Source of the DNA: Bacteroidales bacterium | Lineage (GTDB): Bacteria; Bacteroidota; Bacteroidia; Bacteroidales; UBA7960 | DNA: 35,030 bases | NCBI GenBank assembly: GCA_046484145.1 | Contig: JAWOBS010000036.1 | Coordinates: forward strand, 1-35,030 | Direction: 5' to 3' | Part shown: piece by piece, positions 27,929 through 35,030 of the stretch | Position numbering within the stretch: the first letter of the stretch is position 1 | Layout: each line of letters starts with the position of its first letter | Notes under the pieces: generated by a model | Told to the model about the DNA's origin: nothing | Databases searched by the model: none | Seen by the model: only the letters and a program-made list of their open reading frames with translations | Program-made: the position numbers and the translations under genes

Positions 27929-29749
27929 ATGAATAGAAGATTATTAACAAAACTGGCAGGTATTATTATCATTTCCTTTATGGTGGCTTCTTGTTCTTCT
28001 TCTGATGAAGTTGGTGAGTCAGTTGAAATAAACAAAAAGTGGGCTCTGGATACGATTCATGATACTAATGCGGAGAAGCAGGATAGCATTGATTTCAATA
28101 AAGGTTTTTTAACCCTTATTGAAGGAGAAGAGAAACAATATAAGGCCTTTTTCCCCGAACATGAAAAAGAAACTGCAGGCATTTGGAGCCTTAAAAATGA
28201 TACCTTAATGCTGTTCCCACTGCCCGTTGATGCCCGTGAAGAGGTTGACTCCGTGGCATATGTTGCCGAGGATGGTATTCCTATGCTTTTATATTTTAAA
28301 GATAAGATTGAACTTGCCAGGATTGTTGACGATGGTTTGATAGTTCCTGACAGGCCTGTTGTTTTTATTGTTGAGGATTTAAGCAATGATTATCTGCGCT
28401 TACGCAAAGAAGGTGTAGTTTATGAGTATAAAGAAACAGTAACAGAATTGCCATTTGTGGAGAGTTTTGGAGTGACAAGCGTTCTTAGAGGCTTGTTAGG
28501 CTTATTTATACTTGTTGCTTTAGCATACGTGTTCAGCGCAAATAGAAAAGCTGTAAACTGGATGGTTGTGGTAAAAGGACTCGCTATACAGATAATCCTT
28601 GCTATTCTAATATTAAAAGTACCCTTTGTTCAGCATATGTTTGAGTTTGTGAGTAAGTTGTTTTTGATGGTACTTAACTTTAGCCAGGAAGGTGCCGAGT
28701 TCCTGCTCGGAGGATTAATGGATGTTGAGTCTTATGGTTTTATCTTTGCATTCCAGGTGCTGCCAACAATAATTTTCTTTTCTGCATTAACAAGCGTTTT
28801 GTTTTATCTTGGTGTAATTCAAAAGATAGTGTATGCACTTGCCTGGGTAATGGTTAAAGCTATGCGCTTATCAGGTACTGAAAGTTTATCAGTAGCAGGT
28901 AATATCTTCCTTGGCCAAACAGAATCGCCACTACTTATTAAAGCATATTTGCCGGATATGAATAAGTCGGAAATTATGTTGGTAATGATTGGCGGTATGG
29001 CAACAATAGCCGGTGGAGTGCTTGCTGCTTATATTGCTTTTCTGGGTGGGGATGACCCGGCGCAAAGATTGTATTTTGCCAGGCACCTTTTAGCTGCATC
29101 TATTATGGCAGCTCCCGGTGCAATTGTTGTATCAAAAATTCTTATGCCTCAAACTGAAGAAATCAATAAACAGGTTACAGTTTCAAAAGATAAAATTGGC
29201 AGTAATATCCTTGAAGCTATTACTAATGGTACCGGTGAAGGATTAAGGCTGGCAGTTAATGTTGCTGCAATGTTGCTGGTTTTTGTTGCTATGATAGCTT
29301 TCTTAAACTACATCTTTGGTTATGTCGGGCAATTAACCTCGCTTAATCCCGTTATTGCCGATATTACCGGAGGACAATATGATAAGCTGAGTTTGCAGTT
29401 TATCCTTGGGTATTTATTTGCTCCACTTGTATATAGTATTGGAGTCAGTAGCCAGGATATGGCACTGGTTGGACAGCTCCTTGGAGAAAAAATAACTATG
29501 AGTGAATTCATTGCATATATAAGCCTGGCAGAATTAAAAACATCATTTGCTTCAGAGAAATCTATAGTTATGGCAACATATATGTTATGTGGCTTTGCTA
29601 ATTTTGCTTCCATTGGTATTCAAATAGGAGGAATTGGTTCATTAGCACCGAATCAGCGAACAAGATTGTCGCAGTTTGGTATGAGAGCTCTTATCGGAGG
29701 TACCATAGCCTCTCTGTTTTCTGCTACTATTGTTGGCATGTTGTTTTAA
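27929..29749 (+). CDS. nupC: NupC/CNT-family concentrative nucleoside transporter with a roughly 180-aa N-terminal lipoprotein-like extension
   Basis: The CNT core starts near residue 185 (LRGLLGLFILVALAYVFSANRKAVNW). It carries GTESLSVAGNIFLGQTESPLLIK and the C-terminal MLCGFANFASIGIQIGG. Residues 1-22 form a signal peptide with lipobox VASC. Confidence 0.85.
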   Translation: MNRRLLTKLAGIIIISFMVASCSSSDEVGESVEINKKWALDTIHDTNAEKQDSIDFNKGFLTLIEGEEKQYKAFFPEHEKETAGIWSLKNDTLMLFPLPVDAREEVDSVAYVAEDGIPMLLYFKDKIELARIVDDGLIVPDRPVVFIVEDLSNDYLRLRKEGVVYEYKETVTELPFVESFGVTSVLRGLLGLFILVALAYVFSANRKAVNWMVVVKGLAIQIILAILILKVPFVQHMFEFVSKLFLMVLNFSQEGAEFLLGGLMDVESYGFIFAFQVLPTIIFFSALTSVLFYLGVIQKIVYALAWVMVKAMRLSGTESLSVAGNIFLGQTESPLLIKAYLPDMNKSEIMLVMIGGMATIAGGVLAAYIAFLGGDDPAQRLYFARHLLAASIMAAPGAIVVSKILMPQTEEINKQVTVSKDKIGSNILEAITNGTGEGLRLAVNVAAMLLVFVAMIAFLNYIFGYVGQLTSLNPVIADITGGQYDKLSLQFILGYLFAPLVYSIGVSSQDMALVGQLLGEKITMSEFIAYISLAELKTSFASEKSIVMATYMLCGFANFASIGIQIGGIGSLAPNQRTRLSQFGMRALIGGTIASLFSATIVGMLF

Positions 29750-29890
29750 ATGTAATTTACATTTATCTTTTGATGTAAGATGTTGAAGGATAAGAGCCTA
29801 AATTATAGTTGATAACTTGTACTTGATTTTCTAATATTGAAAAACTACTTTTGATTTTCAAATAGTCGGGTTTCTTTCTAATTAATTATT

Positions 29891-30682
29891 ATGCAACAGT
29901 ATCTTGATTTAATGCGTCATGTTTTGAAGAATGGCGTTGAAAAAGAAGATAGAACCGGTACCGGAACCATTAGTGTTTTTGGATACCAAATGCGGTTTGA
30001 ACTTCAAAATGGCTTCCCACTGCTTACTACTAAAAAGCTTCATTTAAGATCAATAATCCATGAATTATTGTGGTTCCTTAAAGGAGATACTAATATTAAA
30101 TATTTAAAGGAAAATGGAGTAAGTATTTGGGATGAATGGGCAAATGAAAATGGGGATCTTGGTCCTGTTTATGGTGCACAATGGAGAAGTTGGGGAACTT
30201 CTGATAGTAAAATAGACCAAATAAGCCGGGTTATCGATCAGATAAAAAATAATCCTGACTCCAGAAGAATAATTGTATGCTCCTGGAATGTTGCAGAGCT
30301 TGATAAAATGGCTCTTATGCCTTGTCATGTTTTGTTCCAGTTCTATGTGGCAGATGGAAAGCTGTCTTGTCAGTTATACCAGAGAAGTGCTGATATTTTT
30401 CTCGGAGTTCCTTTTAACATAGCATCTTATGCATTACTTACTATGATGATCGCACAGGTATGTGGCCTGAAACCCGGTGAGTTCATTCATACTTTTGGTG
30501 ATGCACATTTGTATAAAAATCATATAGACCAGGCTAATCTGCAGCTAAGCAGAAAGCCGGGCAAGCTACCTGTTATGAATATAAATCCACAGGTTAAAAA
30601 TATTTTTGATTTTAAATTTGAAGATTTTGAACTTACAGGATATGAACCCCAACCACATATTAAAGCGCCGGTAGCGGTTTAA
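29891..30682 (+). CDS. thyA: thymidylate synthase (ThyA type)
   Basis: 263 aa. [12 protein letters not shown], the active-site Cys in ALMPCH, and [16 protein letters not shown]. Near-collinear with E. coli ThyA. Confidence 0.97.
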   Translation: MQQYLDLMRHVLKNGVEKEDRTGTGTISVFGYQMRFELQNGFPLLTTKKLHLRSIIHELLWFLKGDTNIKYLKENGVSIWDEWANENGDLGPVYGAQWRSWGTSDSKIDQISRVIDQIKNNPDSRRIIVCSWNVAELDKMALMPCHVLFQFYVADGKLSCQLYQRSADIFLGVPFNIASYALLTMMIAQVCGLKPGEFIHTFGDAHLYKNHIDQANLQLSRKPGKLPVMNINPQVKNIFDFKFEDFELTGYEPQPHIKAPVAV

Positions 30683-30749
30683 ATTTCTTTGAAATGACTT
30701 TCAATCAATAAAAAGGCTTAACCAAATTGTAGAATAAAATAGTAAACTC

Positions 30750-31262
30750 ATGAAACTATCAATTATAGCAGCGGTTGCAAATAATCAGGTGATTGGCAAT
30801 AAAAACAGATTAATATGGCATATGCCTGCTGATTTGAAGTTTTTTAAGAATAAAACTTTAGGACATACAATGATAATGGGCAGAAAAACTTTTGAAAGTA
30901 TTGGGAAGCCATTGCCGGGCAGAAAAACAATTGTTGTTACTCAACAGGAAAATTACGATGCAAAGGGATGTGAAACGGCCGGTTCTTTTAAAGATGCATT
31001 AAAGCTGGCTAAAGATGATGGAGAAGTATTTGTCGTTGGAGGTGCTGAGATATACAACCAGGCCATGAATCATTATTATACAAAAACACTATATATTACC
31101 AGGATATTTGCGGATTTTGATGGAGATACATTCTTTCCCGAGATAGATTCCAATGAATGGCAAATTATCGAAAGGAATGATTTTGAACCTGATAAAGATA
31201 ATAAGTATCCTTTTTCTTTTAGGAAGTTTAAAAGAAAAACAACCAGGACTCCCAATGTTTAA
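30750..31262 (+). CDS. folA: dihydrofolate reductase
   Basis: LSIIAAVANNQVIGNKNRLIWHMPADLKFFKNKTLGHTMIMGRKTFESIG and VVGGAEIY. It sits immediately downstream of thyA. Confidence 0.9.
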   Translation: MKLSIIAAVANNQVIGNKNRLIWHMPADLKFFKNKTLGHTMIMGRKTFESIGKPLPGRKTIVVTQQENYDAKGCETAGSFKDALKLAKDDGEVFVVGGAEIYNQAMNHYYTKTLYITRIFADFDGDTFFPEIDSNEWQIIERNDFEPDKDNKYPFSFRKFKRKTTRTPNV

Positions 31263-31263
31263 A

Positions 31264-32517
31264 TTATGTTTTTTGCTTTTGCTTTTTAGCTGCAGGAAAT
31301 AAAACATTATTCAGAATTAAGCGATATCCCGGTGAATTAGGGTGTAAGTCAAGTTCGGTTGGAGGATCGCCAACAAAGTGCTGATAGTCTTCAGGATCGT
31401 GGCCCCCATAAAATGTAAATGTACCCTCACCAAATGTGCCATGTATGTAGCGTACTTCGTCTTTTGCTTTCGTTTCTCCCAGAACAGTGACCGTTGGTTT
31501 AACCGTATGCTTCTTAAAAGCAGTGGTCTGCCCCATAAAACCTTTTAAAACAGATTGATGGTTTTGTGTCAGCATTGTTGGCACAGGATCCCATTTTGCG
31601 GAAAATTCAAATAGTGTAAAAAAATCTGTTCGTTGATCTCTTCCGGTTTTTGGTACATCAATATCAGATTTTGCATATTGATATGGGCTTTGCTCAATTT
31701 TGAAATTGTGAAAAGCTAATGTATTTGAAAAGTCTAATTTATCCTGTGCATTAGGATCTATTGGTGTGCCGTCAAAAACCTCATGAACAATGTCTACGCC
31801 TTCTGCAGCTAATGCTATATCAAGGCTTTCCGGTGCCGAACACATAGCAAACATATAGCCACCGCCTGCAACAAATTGTTGTATTTTTTTTGCAACATTA
31901 AATTTTAAATCAGCAACCCTTGAATAACCAAGTTTACGTGCCATTTCTTCAGCAATTTTAACCTCCTCCTTATACCATTGATGTTCCCTGTATGCAGCCC
32001 AAAATTTTCCAAACTGGCCTGTGAAATCCTCATGATGTAAATGCAACCAATCATACATTGGTAGTTCTCCGTTGAGTATTTCCTGATCATATATCTCGTC
32101 ATATGGAATTTCTGCATATGTAAGAGCCAAAGTTACAGCATCATCCCAGGGCAGGCTGTTGGGAGGTGTATAAACAGCAATTCGCGGAACTTTATGCAGT
32201 CTGATCTCCGACATATTAACTTCAGGCTCATTTACCTCATCTAATATTCCGGATGCCTGTACATCAGCAATTACCTGGTATGAAACATTCCTGGCAATTA
32301 ACTCTTCCTCAAATGTTTTATGAAAAGGAAACATGAAGCTTCCATCTTTATAGTTTAATAACCAACTTACCTCAATATCATTTGTTAGTACAAAATATGC
32401 TATTCCATAGGCTTTAAGATGATTTGTTTGAGTTTTGTCCATCGGTACCAAAATAAATGCAGCCTGTATGTTCAGATATAGTAGAATAAAAGTACAAGTT
32501 ATCAATATCTTTTTCAT
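31264..32517 (-). CDS. exported conserved hypothetical protein, possibly with a class-I glutamine-amidotransferase-like (ThuA/DJ-1-like) fold
   Basis: 417 aa with an N-terminal signal peptide (MKKILITCTFILLYLNIQA). Segments RIAVYTPP, YDWLHLHHEDF and GGGYMFAMCSAPE resemble the strand / nucleophile-elbow layout of GATase1-like folds. I recall homologues being annotated (probably wrongly) as asparagine synthetase B in Bacteroidota. Function is unknown. Confidence refers to it being a real gene, not to its function. Confidence 0.6.
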   Translation of the reverse strand: MKKILITCTFILLYLNIQAAFILVPMDKTQTNHLKAYGIAYFVLTNDIEVSWLLNYKDGSFMFPFHKTFEEELIARNVSYQVIADVQASGILDEVNEPEVNMSEIRLHKVPRIAVYTPPNSLPWDDAVTLALTYAEIPYDEIYDQEILNGELPMYDWLHLHHEDFTGQFGKFWAAYREHQWYKEEVKIAEEMARKLGYSRVADLKFNVAKKIQQFVAGGGYMFAMCSAPESLDIALAAEGVDIVHEVFDGTPIDPNAQDKLDFSNTLAFHNFKIEQSPYQYAKSDIDVPKTGRDQRTDFFTLFEFSAKWDPVPTMLTQNHQSVLKGFMGQTTAFKKHTVKPTVTVLGETKAKDEVRYIHGTFGEGTFTFYGGHDPEDYQHFVGDPPTELDLHPNSPGYRLILNNVLFPAAKKQKQKT

Positions 32518-32540
32518 TAGTGTTTTATTTTTTGTTTATA

Positions 32541-32548
32541 CAAAGATA
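32541..32548 (-). promoter_or_regulatory. candidate -7 box (TATCTTTG on the minus strand) for the 417-aa gene
   Basis: Plus-strand CAAAGATA is TATCTTTG on the minus strand and lies 23 nt upstream of the ATG at 32517. A second match, CAAAAGTA, is at 32555-32562. Confidence 0.3.
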
Positions 32549-32665
32549 TAAAAGCAAAAGTAAATACTTCAAGACAGGTAAATTTACAGGCACTTATAAT
32601 GTTCCGTTTGTAATAAATAAACATAAAAAATGTTTTTTTATTATACTATTTGTAAGGCAAAATCT

Positions 32666-32673
32666 TAATTTTG
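32666..32673 (+). promoter_or_regulatory. candidate -7 box (TAATTTTG) for the S51-like gene
   Basis: Matches TAnnTTTG and lies 26 nt upstream of the ATG at 32700. Confidence 0.3.
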
Positions 32674-32699
32674 TTGTTTAAATTAAAAAATGAAAATAT

Positions 32700-34001
32700 A
32701 TGAAAATCCTTTTTAGAATTATTTTGGTGAAATTGTTAATCATAATTGGGTTAAACAATTTAAGCTCTCAGACATTTTACAGGACAGGAGCCGATGAAAG
32801 CATTGACACAAGCCATTTGCCTGGTATATTGCTGGCCGGTGGTGCTACAGATAATGATGATGCTATGACGTGGATGCTTGAGCGTGCTGATGGTGGAGAT
32901 GTTGTTGTTATTAGAGCAGAAGGTGCTGATGGTTATAACAATTACCTGTATAGTTCACTTGGTGTTAACATAAATTCTGTAACAACTATAGTAATTGCTT
33001 CATCTGAAGAAGCCAATGATGACTTAGTAGAGGAAGCATTAATGGATGCGGAAGTGGTTTTTATTGCAGGCGGCAATCAGTGGGATTATATTAATTACTG
33101 GAAAGGCACAAGAGTGCAGGATGCTCTTGAGTATTTAATCAATACCAAGGAAATTACTATAGGAGGAACTAGTGCAGGTATGGCTGTTCTGGGCGAAGTT
33201 GTATTTACTGCTGAGAATAATACCGTATATTCGTCAGAAGCACTTGCAGATCCCTATCATTGGCGTGTTATGCTTGATAATGATTTTTTGAAGATTCCTT
33301 TTTTAGAAAATACGGTAACAGATACTCATTATAACAGGCCTGAAAATGACGACTTATTAAGGAAAGGGCGGCATGTTGTATTTATGGCCAGAATGATTGA
33401 AGATTGGACAATGCCGGCAAAAGGAATTGCTGCTAATGAATATACAGCTATTGCTGTTGATGAAAGTGGAATAGCAAGAGTTTTTGGTGATCCTGATTTT
33501 GAAGACCACGGCTTTTTCCTGCAGAAGCATGGCTGCAACCCTGAAATTATTGAAGCTGAAACTCCACTTACCTGGAATTGTGATGGAGAAGCTGTTTTAG
33601 TATATAGAATTCCCGGTAATAATGAAGGTAATAATATGTTTGATCTCACAAACTGGCAGGATGCAGAAGGAGGCGAATGGGAGTTTTGGTATGTTGAAGA
33701 AGGAGAGCTTTTTGAAGATGAGGCTATTGTTGGTGGAGTTGATATGGTAGGTTCTGATAGCAATATAAGCTTATACCCAAATCCTGCCTTAAATACTTTA
33801 AAAGTCAGAATTGCCGGTGCAGCTAATTATAGCCATATAGATATCATTGGTGTTGATGGCCAAATAATTAATTCCAAAGATATAGAATCCACTAATAATT
33901 CAGAGATACTTTTTGATGTAGAAAACCTGAATCCGGGTATTTACTTTGTTAGAATTTCCGGCCGGGAAAATAATACAACTATAAAGTGGATTAAGTTTTA
34001 A
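32700..34001 (+). CDS. secreted peptidase S51 / cyanophycinase-like protein with a T9SS C-terminal sorting domain
   Basis: Signal peptide MKILFRIILVKLLIIIGLNNLSS. S51-type nucleophile elbow ITIGGTSAGMAVLGE, and a DTHYNRPENDDLLRKGR segment resembling the D-x-H-F...R-x-R motif of cyanophycinases. The last ~75 aa (LYPNPALNTLKV...LNPGIYFVRISGRENNTTIKWIKF) are a typical Por/T9SS CTD. Confidence 0.75.
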   Translation: MKILFRIILVKLLIIIGLNNLSSQTFYRTGADESIDTSHLPGILLAGGATDNDDAMTWMLERADGGDVVVIRAEGADGYNNYLYSSLGVNINSVTTIVIASSEEANDDLVEEALMDAEVVFIAGGNQWDYINYWKGTRVQDALEYLINTKEITIGGTSAGMAVLGEVVFTAENNTVYSSEALADPYHWRVMLDNDFLKIPFLENTVTDTHYNRPENDDLLRKGRHVVFMARMIEDWTMPAKGIAANEYTAIAVDESGIARVFGDPDFEDHGFFLQKHGCNPEIIEAETPLTWNCDGEAVLVYRIPGNNEGNNMFDLTNWQDAEGGEWEFWYVEEGELFEDEAIVGGVDMVGSDSNISLYPNPALNTLKVRIAGAANYSHIDIIGVDGQIINSKDIESTNNSEILFDVENLNPGIYFVRISGRENNTTIKWIKF

Positions 34002-35030
34002 CTAGAAAGGTGCATCATCATCATCAAATGTGTCATTCATTTTTGATGGCATAGTCATAACATTAGATTCATCCGGACTATCAAATGACCTTGATGGGTT
34101 AAATCCTTGCTCTCCGGGCATAAATCCAACAGGTTCGTAATCAGTGAATTTTGCAAACTCTTTAATGAATGAAAGCTTAACTGTATCAAGTGCGCCATTT
34201 CTGTGTTTTGCAATAATAAGCTCGGCCATTCTTTCTGTTGAATTTCCATCACCATCATCCATAATCTGGTAATATTCAGGCCTGTAAATAAACAAGACCA
34301 TATCTGCATCTTGCTCAATAGCACCGGATTCCCTGAGGTCAGATAATATAGGCCTTTTATTTCCTCCCCTGGTTTCTACTGCACGGCTAAGCTGTGACAA
34401 AGCAATTATAGGTACATTGAGTTCTTTGCCAAGGCTTTTTAATGACCTGGATATATTACTGATTTCTTGTTCGCGGTTTCCTTTATTGTCAGCAGTGCCC
34501 GACATTAGCTGCAAGTAGTCAATTACAACAAGCTGAATATCATGTTGAGCTTTTAACCTTCTGCATTTTGCCCTTAGTTCAAAGATGGTTAATGCCGGTG
34601 TGTCGTCGATATAAAGTGGGGCATTAGTGAGCTCAGAAATTCTTTCATTAAGTTGTTTCCATTCGCCCTCAGTAAGTTGGCCTCTTTTGAGTTTCTCTGC
34701 AGGTATTTCTGTTTCACTGGCAATAAGCCTGGTTACGAGCTGAATGCCGGTCATCTCCAAAGAAAATATTGCGGTTGGCCTTTGAAATTGAACAGCTACA
34801 TTCCTTGCAAGACTCAGCACAAAAGCTGTTTTACCCATACCCGGGCGAGCTGCCAAAACAACAAGATCAGCCGGCTGCCATCCCGCTGTTACCCTGTCAA
34901 GGTCAGAAAAACCGGTTGGAACACCTGTAATGTGGCCATCTTTATCTTTTGCACCTTCAATTTGTTTTATAGAATCCCTGATAAGGCTATGCATATCAGA
35001 AAAACTCCTTCTGAGGTTTGTCTCGCTTAC
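34002..35030 (-). CDS. dnaB: replicative DNA helicase DnaB, C-terminal RecA-like domain; 5' end lies beyond the window edge
   Basis: The frame stays open upstream of the ORF-track ATG at 34994, out to nt 35030 (VSETNLRRSFSD-MHSL...). Walker A is ARPGMGKTAF and Walker B is LVVIDYLQLM. Also ALSQLSRAVE and RESGAIEQDADMVLF. A 43-aa non-canonical C-terminal tail follows. Confidence 0.95.
   Translation of the reverse strand, partial: VSETNLRRSFSDMHSLIRDSIKQIEGAKDKDGHITGVPTGFSDLDRVTAGWQPADLVVLAARPGMGKTAFVLSLARNVAVQFQRPTAIFSLEMTGIQLVTRLIASETEIPAEKLKRGQLTEGEWKQLNERISELTNAPLYIDDTPALTIFELRAKCRRLKAQHDIQLVVIDYLQLMSGTADNKGNREQEISNISRSLKSLGKELNVPIIALSQLSRAVETRGGNKRPILSDLRESGAIEQDADMVLFIYRPEYYQIMDDGDGNSTERMAELIIAKHRNGALDTVKLSFIKEFAKFTDYEPVGFMPGEQGFNPSRSFDSPDESNVMTMPSKMNDTFDDDDAPF

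Noticed and set aside
29748-29764. Perfect 17-bp palindrome AAATGTAA-T-TTACATTT overlapping the nupC stop codon.
   Set aside because: It is entirely A/T-rich apart from one G/C pair per arm. The 1-nt centre cannot form an RNA hairpin loop. A rough estimate gives a few 8-bp-arm palindromes per 35 kb by chance at this composition. No second copy suggests an operator.
33329-33763. 144-aa minus-strand ORF antisense to the S51-like gene.
   Set aside because: The Ser/Pro-rich shadow translation lies entirely inside a well-supported coding region and has no independent signals.

Overview
This is an AT-rich, tightly packed chromosomal segment that looks like a Bacteroidota genome. The supporting hallmarks are a T9SS C-terminal sorting domain, TAnnTTTG-type -7 boxes, almost no Shine-Dalgarno sequences, an E-DUF2764-A-B-D-I-K V-type ATPase operon, and a DAHP synthase/chorismate mutase fusion. 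I call 28 protein-coding genes, two of them cut by the window edges, plus three convincing hairpin terminators and a few tentative promoter/RBS elements. I see no rRNA/tRNA genes, CRISPR arrays, transposases, integrases, phage genes or recognisable defence genes.

Gene content is overwhelmingly core:
- aromatic amino acid and thiamine metabolism (DAHPS-CM, thiL)
- RNase H1 and an AsmA-like envelope protein
- a 7-gene V-type ATPase operon
- a DegT-type sugar aminotransferase
- futalosine-pathway genes mqnB and mqnD
- hldD and acpH
- iorAB and gcvP
- an acyl-CoA ligase
- a membrane pyrophosphatase
- a DUF151 nuclease, a CNT nucleoside transporter, and thyA-folA
- two exported proteins of unclear role
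- the 3' part of dnaB

I do not see a convincing novel multi-gene system. The window reads as ordinary core genome. The observations most worth a second look are all at the domain or motif level:
1. DnaB carries a roughly 40-aa disordered tail ending in an SSB-like FDDDDAPF tip.
2. The CNT nucleoside transporter has a roughly 180-aa lipoprotein-like periplasmic domain fused to its N-terminus.
3. Both the V-ATPase K subunit and the pyrophosphatase carry Na+-type ion-site signatures.
4. hppA is the only gene here with a perfect 8-nt Shine-Dalgarno sequence.
5. Two exported proteins sit as a divergent pair: a 417-aa unknown and an S51 cyanophycinase-like protein with a T9SS tail.

All family calls come from reading the translations by eye; no searches were run.
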